Below are positions 1 to 10,493 of a DNA stretch of 64,000 bases, in pieces; position 1 is the stretch's first letter, and every line of letters starts with the position of its first letter. Both the position numbers and the translations under genes were made by a program. Location: assembly GCA_963724445.1 (NCBI GenBank), contig CAVRWR010000029.1, forward strand, positions 12,391-76,390, written 5' to 3'. This stretch comes from an uncultured cyanobacterium (lineage in GTDB: Bacteria; Cyanobacteriota; Cyanobacteriia; Cyanobacteriales; Xenococcaceae). The notes under the pieces are model-generated. The model was not told where the DNA came from, ran no database searches, and was given only the letters and a program-made list of their open reading frames with translations.

Positions 1-59
1 TTGAAACCGTTTACGGTTTAGGATATCGTCTAAAAGAAGAACCTCAACAGGTCAAATAA
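1..59 (+). CDS. 3' end of an OmpR-family response regulator (truncated by window edge)
   Basis: Manual translation ETVYGLGYRLKEEPQQVK* matches the OmpR winged-helix C-terminal motif (IETVxGxGYR); lies directly upstream of a histidine kinase. Confidence 0.85.
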   Translation, partial: ETVYGLGYRLKEEPQQVK

Positions 60-74
60 CCAGGTTGAATCATA

Positions 75-1437
75 ATGCATCAAAGCTTGCGATCGCGACT
101 GCTATTGTACTACTTAATAGTTATGGCGACTATCTTAGGTATCTTTGGCTCAGGTGTTTATGTCCTGTTTGGTCGAAACCTAAGTGAACAAATGAATAAA
201 AGAGTGATAACTCTGGCTCAATTTGCCGCACAATCTCTGCCTGCGGTCAAAGAAAACGGTCAAAAACATCTCGATTCTGAAAAAACCATTGCTGCCTGGC
301 GGGATATCTTTAACCGAGATCAGCAAAGTTTGGAATGGTTCGATGCTGATAAGAAGCTGATTGGTCGTAAAGGATTAATTAGCTTAGGAAATGTTCCTCC
401 TGAAACTGGTACGAGCAATATACGCCAACAAGGAGGTAATGCGATCGCCCGTACCCATACTTTGAGTGCTATTCTCAGCCAGCCCAACCAGCCTGGAACA
501 ACTATTGGCTACGTTCGAGCTAGTCAATCTCTAGAAGAGCTAAAAGCGGCTCAAGAACAATTATTACGCATTCTGCTGATTGGTAGCATGCTAACGCTTG
601 ATTTTGATTGGTTTGGGAGGTTTCTGGCTGACGAAAAAAGCGATCGCACCAATTGAAGCAAGTTTTCTCCAGCTCAAGCAGTTTACTGCCGATGCTTCCC
701 ACGAATTGCGTAGTCCCCTCACGGCAATTAAAGCTTCGGTAGATATTATGCGTACCCATCCTGAGCGAGTTCATCCTAAAGACGTTAAAAAGTTAGAGGC
801 GATCTCAGGCGCGACTCTGCAAATGAGCGAAATGTTAGGAGATTTACTATTCCTCGCCCGCGCTGATGCTGATTCGGGTCTGCCCGTCAACGAACGTAAA
901 CTTACGCCAGTATTGCTCAATCAGATTTTACAAAATTGCTTTGTCTTGTTAGAACCTCTGGCAAACTCCAAAAAAATTGTCTTTCAATCCAAATTTAGAG
1001 ATGAATTACAGGTTTTAGGCGACATTCCTCAGCTTTCTCGTCTGTTCTCCAATCTATTAGAAAATGCTCTCCAGTATACTCCCGATGAAGGTCGAGTCAG
1101 CTTAGATTTATATCGACAAAATCGTTTTGCGGTAATCAGCGTGCGTGATACGGGTATTGGTATTGCCGCAGACCAGGTAAATAGAGTATTCGATCGCTTT
1201 TGGCGGGCGAATAAAGCTCGTAATCGACGAGAAGGCGGCACAGGATTGGGCTTATCGATTTCGGCGGCGATCGTTAAACGTCATGGCGGTAAAATTTCTG
1301 TTAACAGTGAACTAAATATTGGCACCTGTTTTTTAGTCCGCATTCCTCTAATTGATAATCGCCGTCCTGTTACCAAGGGAGGGGAAAATCTGAGTCAAAC
1401 AAGCTTCTTTAGAATTAGCTGGTGCTGTTCGCTATAG
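75..1437 (+). CDS. Membrane sensor histidine kinase, split by a frameshift near 597
   Basis: ORF 75-656 gives the N-terminal TM and periplasmic part; ORF 598-1437 has H-box ADASHELRSPL, N-box NLLENALQY, DTGIGI and GGTGLGL. Confidence 0.9.
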
Positions 1438-1447
1438 GGGAAACAGA

Positions 1448-2434
1448 CTAAACTAATTGCTCGATCTTTTTTTGTTCCCAAGCTAGAGCCGAGCGAACAA
1501 TTTCATCCAGAGAGTTATATTGGGGATTCCAGCCAATTACTTCGCGAATTTTCTCACCTGAAGCAATCACACAGGCAGGATCGCCCTCTCGACGAGCAGT
1601 TTCTACTATGGGGAAGTCTACGCCAGAAATCTCCTGTATTTTGGATAATACTTCTTTGACGCTGTAGCCACTACCATAGCCACAGTTAAGGATTTGACTG
1701 GTAGATTCTCGTTCTAAATATCTTAGAGCATCAACATGAGCCGCAGCTAAGTCTTCGACGTGAATATAGTCCCTAATTCCTGTCCCGTCGGCAGTCGGAT
1801 AGTCAGTGCCATAAATACTCGCAAAGGGGCGAATTCCCAAAGCGGCATCACAGCCAACCTTAATTAAATGAGCCGCTTTTTTACCCATCTGACCAATTTT
1901 GCCCGAACTATCTGCTCCTGCCACGTTAAAGTAGCGTAAAATGACATATTTGAGTTCTGAGGCTTGAGCATAGTCGCGAATAATACTCTCGCTCATCAAT
2001 TTCGACTTGCCATAGGGATTGATGGGTTCAGTTGGCGATGTTTCTTCAACAGGAGATTTCTTGACCTCTCCGTATACCGCTGCCGTACTAGAGAAGACAA
2101 ATTGATTAACATTAAACTTTTTACAGCACTGCAACACATTGATAACGTTGCTAGTATTGTTGGCATAATATTCAAGAGGCTTGGCTAAAGATTCGGGTAC
2201 AGAAATGCTCGCAGCAAAATGTAGCACTGCATCAAAACTGTGCTGTTCAAATACTTGCTCCAGGCGTTGCCTATCGTTGAGTTCCCCCTTATACAATTCT
2301 CCATAGAGAACCGCCTCTGCTGAACCCGTGGACAAGTTGTCATAGACCACGACTGCGTAACCAGCTTCTCCTAGTTTTTTGACTGTATGAGAACCAATGT
2401 ACCCAGCGCCACCCGTTACCAAAATCTTAGTCAT
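1448..2434 (-). CDS. galE: UDP-glucose 4-epimerase
   Basis: TGGAGYIGSH, FSSTAAVYG, YGKSK, LRYFNVAGA, RDYIHVEDLA. Confidence 0.95.
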   Translation of the reverse strand: MTKILVTGGAGYIGSHTVKKLGEAGYAVVVYDNLSTGSAEAVLYGELYKGELNDRQRLEQVFEQHSFDAVLHFAASISVPESLAKPLEYYANNTSNVINVLQCCKKFNVNQFVFSSTAAVYGEVKKSPVEETSPTEPINPYGKSKLMSESIIRDYAQASELKYVILRYFNVAGADSSGKIGQMGKKAAHLIKVGCDAALGIRPFASIYGTDYPTADGTGIRDYIHVEDLAAAHVDALRYLERESTSQILNCGYGSGYSVKEVLSKIQEISGVDFPIVETARREGDPACVIASGEKIREVIGWNPQYNSLDEIVRSALAWEQKKIEQLV

Positions 2435-2786
2435 AGTAATTTATACTCAAATGCCCCTCATTTCTCAGTTAATTATAGATTAAAGATTCATTACTTTATC
2501 GCCAAAGTCAGACAAGAAATTTTCAAACTCAAATTTGTACCATAATCGAACTATAATTCCTTTCTGAGATTAGTATGCAGTAGTGCAATCGAGTGTAAAA
2601 CTAATTTGTAATTCCGCAATTTTCAAACAGATACGTCTCAATAGCTTATTGATGAAGGGTATTTTTTAAGAATATTTTTTAGCATTTCGGTTGGCTAGTC
2701 GCAAAAATATGTTGCAATTTAAGTAGTTAAAGCGGTAATTTTATTAGAAGTAATTATCATTTTATTAATTTACTGAAAGTTAAATT

Positions 2787-4274
2787 ATGCTTCGATCGCC
2801 CAAACTCAAATTCGATCGCGGAACTTTGCTTTTACATCCACCCCCGAAGGGTAAGGCGTGGTTAGACTATGCTACCTGGGACGATCGCGTGGAAAAGTTT
2901 AGGATTCCTGCGATTTACTATCGTCCTCTGGTAGAGGCTCTTCAAGCCGATGACAAAAAGATTATTGATGAAGCCAAAGAATTTTATAGCCTAGAACTCA
3001 AATCTTTATCCCAGTTGGAACCCTACCCCCACCAAGCAGAAGCATTACAGGCTTGGAAAAGCTCAGGCAGAAAGGGAGTAGTCGTCTTACCAACCGCCGC
3101 AGGGAAGACCTATTTAGCGCAGTTAGCCATGGAGGCTACTCCCCGCACCACCCTAATTGTCGTGCCGACCTTGGACTTGATGCACCAGTGGTATGCTCAA
3201 ATTGAATCTGCTTTTCCTAACACGGAAGTCGGGCTACTAGGAGGAGGTTCACGCGATCGCACACCAATTTTAATTGCCACCTACCATAGTGCGGCTATTC
3301 ATGCCGAAACTTTAGGCAATCGTTATGCTCTTCAGATTTTTGATGAGTGTCATCATTTACCCACCGACTTTTTTAAAGTAATTGCTGAATATGCGATCGC
3401 TCCCTACCGTTTAGGCTTAACCGCTACCCCCGAACGTAGCGATGGTACTCACCGTCAGTTAGATGCCCTAATCGGCAAAATTATCTATCGTAAGACTCCC
3501 GAAGAGCTATCTGGGGGAGCATTAGCCGAGCATAAGGTCGTGCAGATGCGGGTCAAATTATCCGAACAAGAACAGGTCAAATATGAATCAGCGATCGCCA
3601 TCCGCCGTAAATTTCTGCGGGAGTCCAATATCTCTTTAGGTAGTCTTGAAGGGTGGCAGCTATTTGTTCAAGCCAGTGCGCGATCGCCCCAGGGCAGAAA
3701 AGCGATGCTAGCTCATCGAGAAGCAAAAGAAATTGCCTTGGGTACCGATGCCAAACTCCGTGTCTTGATTGACTTAATTGAAAAACACCAAACAGAGCGT
3801 ATTTTAATTTTTACCAACGATAACGCCACCGTTTACCGTATTTCCCAGCAGTTTCTGATTCCCGCTATTACCTATCAAACTGCGGTCAAAGAACGTCACG
3901 ATATTCTTACCAGATTTAAAGCAGGAGAATACAAAACTTTAGTTGCTTCCCATGTTCTTAATGAAGGGGTAGACGTACCCGATGCCAGAATTGCAATTAT
4001 CCTCTCAGGAACTGGTTCTACTAGAGAATATATTCAACGGCTGGGGAGAGTACTCAGAAAAGGCAATACCAGCAATAAACAGGCGATTCTTTACGAGGTT
4101 GTTACCGAAAACACTAGTGAAGAAAGAACCTCCGAACGCCGTCGCGGTGAGCAGAATTATGAGCAGCCAGAGTATCGACAGTTAAAGTTGATTCCTTCTA
4201 AGCCCAAGCCAGTTAAAAAGCGAGAATTTAAAGCAGCAGAAGAATCAAGGCAATGGAATAGTGAAGAAGAATAG
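2787..4274 (+). CDS. XPB/Rad25-like superfamily 2 helicase (DEAD/DEAH box)
   Basis: LPTAAGKT Walker A, DECHHL, GLTATPER, LNEGVDVPDA, QRLGRVLR. Confidence 0.9.
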   Translation: MLRSPKLKFDRGTLLLHPPPKGKAWLDYATWDDRVEKFRIPAIYYRPLVEALQADDKKIIDEAKEFYSLELKSLSQLEPYPHQAEALQAWKSSGRKGVVVLPTAAGKTYLAQLAMEATPRTTLIVVPTLDLMHQWYAQIESAFPNTEVGLLGGGSRDRTPILIATYHSAAIHAETLGNRYALQIFDECHHLPTDFFKVIAEYAIAPYRLGLTATPERSDGTHRQLDALIGKIIYRKTPEELSGGALAEHKVVQMRVKLSEQEQVKYESAIAIRRKFLRESNISLGSLEGWQLFVQASARSPQGRKAMLAHREAKEIALGTDAKLRVLIDLIEKHQTERILIFTNDNATVYRISQQFLIPAITYQTAVKERHDILTRFKAGEYKTLVASHVLNEGVDVPDARIAIILSGTGSTREYIQRLGRVLRKGNTSNKQAILYEVVTENTSEERTSERRRGEQNYEQPEYRQLKLIPSKPKPVKKREFKAAEESRQWNSEEE

Positions 4275-4415
4275 AATAATTCACAGAATCTATCATAGAA
4301 GCGATCGCTCTACGATGAAATAGCCTGCAATTAGCACATATGCTAAAACCGTTGTCGTGGTCATGATATTTGTTTGATCCAATAACTTTCTTAACAGCTA
4401 TTAGCTATTAGCCAA

Positions 4416-5294
4416 CTACTTCTTGGGAGAAAATAGCAAGACAGGAAACCAGCTACTGCGCATCAAGTCATTAGCAAAGCTGCGGACTGTCCACTGAAAT
4501 AAATTATTACGATAATCCGTGGCGATCGCGATCGCGCTAATATCGAAATCCAATGCCGCCTTAGTAATCTCTTGTAAAGGATTGCCCTGCATGACTAAGG
4601 TATTAACTTCAATATCTAAAGCTTCTAACTCTTGTTTAACTGACTCTAATTGTATTTCAGCTTCTTTCATCCGCTCTTCCACCATCATCGATCTTCTACC
4701 GCCATCGTCGATGACAGACATCAACATACATTGTTTCAAGGAATTTTCTGGACGGTTTTGAGCATATTGCTTAATCTCCTTAATCAAATAGTGGGCAGTT
4801 TCGCTATTGTTGTAAGGAATGAGTAAATATCGCCACAGATGCTGGCAACGCAATGCCAATTCTTCAAGAGTATAGACAGTAATCAGTTCTGGACGAATAA
4901 TATTTAGGGGTTGACTAGTAATTTTTGCCAAACCAGCACTAGTGCTACCAAAACAACTTTCTTGCAGTGAGCTTTTAATTTGTGTTCCCGTGATGATTAC
5001 ATCTATTGAATGTTTCTTTAAGACTCTAGGAATTGTGTCGAGGGGTTTGCCAGAGAGAACTTCAATTTGAACATCTACTGATTTAGGAGCTTCTTCTAAC
5101 GCTACTTGAAGACGTTGTTTAGCTTTTTCTACTTTTTCTTCATCTATTCTGGGAACTTCTCCCTCTTCCCACAGTGGAACACTGTGGAAGAAAACAATTT
5201 TCTTCAAACCGCACTGAGCTAAATTTGGTACGCAATCAAGGAAACGGTAGATGCCGTCGGTAAAGTCTGTGCAGATCAAGCAGCTTTGAAACAT
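4416..5294 (-). CDS. Universal stress protein (tandem USP domains)
   Basis: MFQSCLICTDF start, GKPLDTI, FGSTSAGL, GNPLQEI, C-terminal PVLLF. Confidence 0.85.
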   Translation of the reverse strand: MFQSCLICTDFTDGIYRFLDCVPNLAQCGLKKIVFFHSVPLWEEGEVPRIDEEKVEKAKQRLQVALEEAPKSVDVQIEVLSGKPLDTIPRVLKKHSIDVIITGTQIKSSLQESCFGSTSAGLAKITSQPLNIIRPELITVYTLEELALRCQHLWRYLLIPYNNSETAHYLIKEIKQYAQNRPENSLKQCMLMSVIDDGGRRSMMVEERMKEAEIQLESVKQELEALDIEVNTLVMQGNPLQEITKAALDFDISAIAIATDYRNNLFQWTVRSFANDLMRSSWFPVLLFSPKK

Positions 5295-5467
5295 ACTAGC
5301 TAAATAGCGAATCTCTTTTTTCTTACACTAGCAAAAAAAGAATCCACCTTCTCCACAATCTTAATTTTTCTATTTCTTTTGAGCATTAACCCCAACATCC
5401 CCAGCTTTTTTCCTAGAAACTAGCAAGAGAAGGAGGCTGATTAGCCGAGCGACTATTCAAGAAGTTA

Positions 5468-5662
5468 TCACCAACTTGGCGGAGAGTCGAGCCCCCACTG
5501 ATGACGAATGAAGTCTTGATACATGTTGTCTTTGAGGATCATCTGTTCGTAAAGTTTGACTAAAAATTCCTGAGCCTGTTCATGACTCATCGCCTTTACT
5601 TGAGTTTCAAACGAACGAACATTAAATTTCTGTTCCAGAGAAAGTTCCATTGAATCTGACAT
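5468..5662 (-). CDS. nblA: Phycobilisome degradation protein NblA
   Basis: LSLEQKFNVRSFETQVKAMSHEQAQEFLVKLYEQM is the NblA signature. Confidence 0.95.
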   Translation of the reverse strand: MSDSMELSLEQKFNVRSFETQVKAMSHEQAQEFLVKLYEQMILKDNMYQDFIRHQWGLDSPPSW

Positions 5663-6235
5663 AAAATATGGCTCCTAATCCTAAATAAGTAGTAGTCTTG
5701 AACTCGCTACATATAAAATAATGTAACAAGAGTTTGACAAAATCTACTTTTAGTTATAGAGATTTTGTTGGCTGATTGTCAACTATTAACCCTGGTTCAG
5801 ACTCTTTCTTTAGATTGAATTTTTGCTCCAGCGCCAAATAAATCAAACTAAATTGACTAATAGAGTAAACATTCTGTAATAATTAGAGGTGATGCAGAAT
5901 TCAAAATTAAGATTTCGATTTTTAAATTTAATTGATTGACATTCTTTTCATTGACAGATGTTTGTTACACTACTGTGGCGATAATTGAAAGTAGGTCACG
6001 TTTTTTAACCAATACATTTCAGGGTCAGCAGCGTCCATTCTTTAGCTGTCGAAAAGTTAGGAAAGGGTTTGTACCTTGGTATGATGCCTGGTTATTGGAA
6101 GGTAGTTCACCAAAAAATCCATCAATAAAAAATAGCTTTGGAAAAATTTATTATATTTTGGCTCAATTGCCAGTTGAAAAGCGTTCACTCTGCACACAAT
6201 TTTGGAATTTAATTAGCTTGGGAGATCACAAATTC

Positions 6236-6697
6236 ATGTCTATTCGTCTATATGTAGGTAACTTACCAAAAGAGGAAATCGATCGCGATGCTTTAGCAGC
6301 TATGTTTGCTGATGAAGGAGATCAAGTTTCTACTAAAGTTATCAAAGACCGTAAAACAGGAAAATGTCGCGGTTTTGCCTTTGTTACCGTGCCTAGCGAT
6401 GAAGTTGCCGATCAGTTTATTGAGAAATACAATGGTCAACCGTTTATGGAAAGTCCCATAAAAATCGAGAAAGCTTTACCCCGTTCTAAGGGAGAAGAGG
6501 GTGAGGCTGCTACAGAGGGCAACAGCGCCCCTAAGAAGAAAAGTCCTAGTCCTAGTCCTAGTCCTAGTTCAGGCAGCAAGCGAAGTGGCAAAAAGCCAGC
6601 CAGTACTCAAAAACAACAGGGTAGTATTCAACCCGATCCTCGTTGGGCAGATGAGCTAGCCAAATTAAAAGAAATGCTAGCTTCGGCTAACAATTAA
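6236..6697 (+). CDS. RRM RNA-binding protein (cyanobacterial Rbp family, long C-terminus)
   Basis: MSIRLYVGNL (RNP2) and RGFAFV (RNP1); ATG at 6236 preceded by GGAG. Confidence 0.9.
   Translation: MSIRLYVGNLPKEEIDRDALAAMFADEGDQVSTKVIKDRKTGKCRGFAFVTVPSDEVADQFIEKYNGQPFMESPIKIEKALPRSKGEEGEAATEGNSAPKKKSPSPSPSPSSGSKRSGKKPASTQKQQGSIQPDPRWADELAKLKEMLASANN
6542..6568 (+). repeat. Hexamer tandem repeat (AGTCCT)x4.5 encoding an SPSPSPSPS linker
   Basis: agtcctagtcctagtcctagtcctagt read directly. Confidence 0.9.
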
Positions 6698-6782
6698 TCA
6701 CAAGTACGAGGTATAAGCCTCATGGGTGAGGTGAGCCTGCAGCGAAGATGTTGTAGCTGCAAATATAAATACTAAAAACAAT

Positions 6783-6832
6783 GGTAATCACTCTTACTGG
6801 TACTAGCCGTCAGAGTGGTTACCGCTTTTTTT
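6783..6832 (+). terminator. Probable intrinsic terminator after the rbp gene
   Basis: ggtaatcactct...agagtggttacc stem followed by a T7 run. Confidence 0.6.
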
Positions 6833-6908
6833 AAAGCTTTGTCACGGATATCTGAGAAAATAAGTCCCAGAGCAAAATAATCAAGACTTTATTCAGGAGA
6901 TTAGATCG

Positions 6909-7610
6909 ATGAGCGATCCTGTAAAAACCATGAAGCAAGAAGTAGGTAGAGCTGCTGCTGCCCTGGTAAAATCAAACTCTATCGTCGGATTAGGATCGGG
7001 ATCGACTGCGGCATATGCCATTGAGTATATTGGCGATCGCCTGGCAAAAGGAGAAATTGCCAATATTCAGGGAGTCCCTACTTCATTTCAGGCAGAAGTA
7101 TTAGCCAAAGAATTTAAGATTCCTCTAGTTACTCTCGATGCGATCGACCATATTGATATTGCGATCGACGGTGCTGATGAAGTCGATCCGCAGAAGAACC
7201 TGATCAAAGGTGGTGGTGCGGCTCATACCCGCGAAAAAGTAGTTGATTCTTTAGCCACAGAATTTATTGTCGTAGTTGATGAAGGCAAATTAGTCGATCA
7301 GCTTGGTTCAACTTTCTTATTACCTGTAGAAGTAATTCCCATGGCAGTTGCCCCTGTGATGCGAAGTTTAGCCAAACTTGGGGGAAAACCTGAACTACGA
7401 ATGGGTGTGAAAAAAGCAGGTCCAGTGGTTACAGATCAAGGTAACTTAGTGATTGATGTCAAGTTCGACCATATTACCAACCCCGCCGAAATGGAAAAAA
7501 CAATTAACAATTTTCCTGGAGTGTTAGAAAATGGCTTATTCGTAGGCGTAGCCGATCTTATTTTAGTCGGCAAAATTGTCGATGGTAAACCTGAAATTAG
7601 CCAATTTTAG
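6909..7610 (+). CDS. rpiA: Ribose-5-phosphate isomerase A
   Basis: [27 protein letters not shown]. Confidence 0.97.
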   Translation: MSDPVKTMKQEVGRAAAALVKSNSIVGLGSGSTAAYAIEYIGDRLAKGEIANIQGVPTSFQAEVLAKEFKIPLVTLDAIDHIDIAIDGADEVDPQKNLIKGGGAAHTREKVVDSLATEFIVVVDEGKLVDQLGSTFLLPVEVIPMAVAPVMRSLAKLGGKPELRMGVKKAGPVVTDQGNLVIDVKFDHITNPAEMEKTINNFPGVLENGLFVGVADLILVGKIVDGKPEISQF

Positions 7611-7704
7611 TAACGTAGCGATTGTCTTAAATGTCAAATTAAACTCCTTAACAGGCGATCGCTCTTTTCTAATTTTTCAATATAATCAAAAGGAGAAAAG
7701 TATT

Positions 7705-8067
7705 TTGTCGAAATTAATTCATTTTATCTTTCGTAGTTTGGCTACAGGTTTAATTGCTTTTTATCTGCTATTTATCTGTTTAAATACCCCTGCTCTAGCT
7801 GATACAGATCTAGATAATGGTGCAAAAGTATTTAAAGCAAACTGTGCTGGTTGTCATGTAAATGGCGGGAATATTGTCCGCAGGGGTAAAAATCTGAAAT
7901 TAAAGACTCTACACAAGCGTAAAGTAGATACCCAAGAAGCGATCGCAACTCTAGTAACGAACGGCAAGGGCATTATGTCAGCCTATGGCGACAAACTTAC
8001 TCAGCAAGAAATAGCAGATGTAAGTGCCTTTGTATTGCAAAGAGCGGAGCAGGGCTGGAAGAAGTAA
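7705..8067 (+). CDS. Cytochrome c6-like protein (probably c6B/c6C type)
   Basis: Signal peptide ending ALA, CAGCH heme motif, NGKGIM axial Met; TTG start at 7705 after AGGAG. Confidence 0.85.
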   Translation: MSKLIHFIFRSLATGLIAFYLLFICLNTPALADTDLDNGAKVFKANCAGCHVNGGNIVRRGKNLKLKTLHKRKVDTQEAIATLVTNGKGIMSAYGDKLTQQEIADVSAFVLQRAEQGWKK

Positions 8068-8172
8068 TTAATCAAAAGTAAGAATAGAATATAAAGTCTT
8101 TAGTTTCTCGGATGATGGTCTTTCCAATATAATGACCGTAGGGGAAAATAATGTTTTTGAATCTTAATTAAT

Positions 8173-9321
8173 GTGGTTTATCAAGTTCAGGATACAAGTA
8201 TAGTTACAGGTATTTTAGACAAAGCCGAAAGAGAAGAAGATGTTTCAACAGACGAAGGAATTGATTTAATTGGGCAAGAAAATCCTGAAGTAAGAAAAGC
8301 GATCGCCAAAACCGCAGACAATCTGCGTCAGCAGCAGGTAGGAGATACCATTACCTATGTAGTTAATCGCAATATCAATTTTACTAATATTTGCGAGCAG
8401 CACTGTAGTTTCTGCGCTTTTCGTCGGGATGCTGATGAAGCGGGATCGTTTTGGCTTAATACAGAACAAATAATCGCTAAAGCAAAAGAAGCCGTAGACA
8501 TTGGCGCAACCGAAATTTGTATGCAGGGAGGTTTAAATCTTCAGGCAAAAATAAACGGCGAGTCTTTAGCTTATTATCTCAATCTTGTTAAGGAAATTAA
8601 AAGCAATTTTCCAAGCTTACATCTTCATGCTTTTTCTCCCCAAGAAATTCAGTTTATTGCCAGAGAAGACAGTATTAGCTACGAAAAGGTGCTGTTAGCT
8701 TTAAAAGAGGCTGGTTTAGGCTCAATGCCTGGCACAGCAGCCGAAATACTCGATGACAAAGTAAGAAAGGTTATTTGTCCTGAAAAGATCGACACTGCTA
8801 CTTGGTTGGAAATCATTAGTTTGGCACATAGTTTGGGCATCCCTACCACCAGCACTATGCTATCGGGTCATGTTGAGACAATCCAGCAACAAATAGAACA
8901 TCTGGCAAAATTGCGATCGCTTCAGCACAAAGCCATTGCAAATAATTATCCCGCACGCATTACCGAATTTATTATTCTTCCTTTTGTGGGACAGTCAGCA
9001 CCAGCACCAATTCGTCAGCGTGTGGGTAGAGATCAGCCAAATGTAGCAGATGTACTGCATTTAACAGCCGTGGCTCGGATCTTTTTAGGCAACTGGATAC
9101 CCAATCATCAACCAAGCTGGGTCAAAATTGGGCTAGAAGGAGCAAAACAAGCCCTTGAGAGTGGCTGTAATGACATTGGTGGAACTCTAATGGAAGAGCA
9201 TATTACCACCATGGCAGGAGCGCAGGGAGGCACCTGTATGTCCGTAGAGAATTTACAAAAGGCGATCGCCGATCTAAATCGCCCCTATCAGCCAAGAACT
9301 ACGCTGTATGAATATCTATAA
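8173..9321 (+). CDS. cofH: FO synthase subunit 2 (radical SAM)
   Basis: [19 protein letters not shown] (CxxxCxxC), [24 protein letters not shown]. Confidence 0.92.
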   Translation: MVYQVQDTSIVTGILDKAEREEDVSTDEGIDLIGQENPEVRKAIAKTADNLRQQQVGDTITYVVNRNINFTNICEQHCSFCAFRRDADEAGSFWLNTEQIIAKAKEAVDIGATEICMQGGLNLQAKINGESLAYYLNLVKEIKSNFPSLHLHAFSPQEIQFIAREDSISYEKVLLALKEAGLGSMPGTAAEILDDKVRKVICPEKIDTATWLEIISLAHSLGIPTTSTMLSGHVETIQQQIEHLAKLRSLQHKAIANNYPARITEFIILPFVGQSAPAPIRQRVGRDQPNVADVLHLTAVARIFLGNWIPNHQPSWVKIGLEGAKQALESGCNDIGGTLMEEHITTMAGAQGGTCMSVENLQKAIADLNRPYQPRTTLYEYL

Positions 9322-9452
9322 AGTACGTGTAAATGCTTACCTCAAATGCATAAAGTTATTCAATATAAGCGTTTTCCGTCTCGCTTAATATCGCAAATCA
9401 TGCGAGGTTAGTTTAATATTGTTCTTGAAATAATTTAAAGTTAAATCTACAA

Positions 9453-10394
9453 ATGAGAATATTAGTAACTGGCGGCGCTGGTTTTATCGGTTCCCATCTC
9501 ATTGATCGGTTGATGAAGCAGGGACATGACGTAATCTGCTTGGACAACTTTTTCACTGGTCATAAACGTAATATTCGCCATTGGCTTGAAAACCCCTACT
9601 TTGAACTGATTCGCCACGATATTACCGAACCAATTCGCCTGGAAGTAGATCAAATTTATCACCTTGCTTGTCCCGCTTCCCCCGTTCACTATCAGTACAA
9701 CCCAGTCAAAACCATCAAAACTAATGTGTTAGGGACGCTTAACATGTTGGGGTTGGCTAAACGAGTGAAAGCCAGATTTTTATTGGCTTCCACTTCCGAG
9801 GTATACGGAGATCCCGATGTTCATCCTCAACCAGAAGAATATCGTGGTAACGTCAACTGCATTGGTATACGTAGCTGCTATGACGAAGGAAAAAGAGTCG
9901 CCGAAACCTTAGCTTTCGATTATCATCGACAAAATAATGTCGATATTCGCGTGATGCGAATTTTCAATACCTATGGACCAAGAATGTTTGAAAATGATGG
10001 TCGTGTCGTCAGCAACTTTATTGTTCAGGCACTCAAAGGCGCACCATTAACTGTTTATGGTGACGGTTCACAAACTCGCAGTTTCTGCTATGTTGCAGAT
10101 TTAGTCGAAGGAATGATGCGGTTAATGAATGGTGAACATATGGGTCCGATCAACATTGGCAACCCTGGAGAATATACCATCTTAGAGCTGGCTGAGACTA
10201 TTCAAAAAATGATCGATCCAGATGTAGAACTGGCTTTTAAACCTCTGCCTCAAGACGATCCCAAACAAAGACAACCTGATATTACCAAAGCCAAAAATCT
10301 GTTAGGCTGGGAACCCACAATTAATTTAGAAGATGGACTGAAGCTGACTATTGAGGACTTTAGTTCGCGGATGAAAGAGGCTAATTCTGATTAG
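9453..10394 (+). CDS. UDP-glucuronate decarboxylase (UDP-xylose synthase)
   Basis: [37 protein letters not shown]. Confidence 0.93.
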   Translation: MRILVTGGAGFIGSHLIDRLMKQGHDVICLDNFFTGHKRNIRHWLENPYFELIRHDITEPIRLEVDQIYHLACPASPVHYQYNPVKTIKTNVLGTLNMLGLAKRVKARFLLASTSEVYGDPDVHPQPEEYRGNVNCIGIRSCYDEGKRVAETLAFDYHRQNNVDIRVMRIFNTYGPRMFENDGRVVSNFIVQALKGAPLTVYGDGSQTRSFCYVADLVEGMMRLMNGEHMGPINIGNPGEYTILELAETIQKMIDPDVELAFKPLPQDDPKQRQPDITKAKNLLGWEPTINLEDGLKLTIEDFSSRMKEANSD

Positions 10395-10493
10395 AAATAT
10401 TAAAAGAATTGATTATCGCTTAAATCTGCTCTAATTTGAGCTGATGGCACATTAAATACAAAACAACAAACAATAAAAGAGGTAGGTAATTAT

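Noticed and set aside
5690-5740. Possible NtcA box upstream of nblA
   Set aside because: The GTA and TAC half-sites present do not have the N8 spacing
5936-6235. 100-aa N-terminal extension of the RRM protein in the ORF track
   Set aside because: The family starts at MSIRLYVGNL, with an RBS before ATG 6236; the extension is promoter/UTR sequence
7576-7704. Long N-terminus of the cytochrome overlapping rpiA
   Set aside because: A better start (TTG 7705 with AGGAG) gives a normal signal peptide
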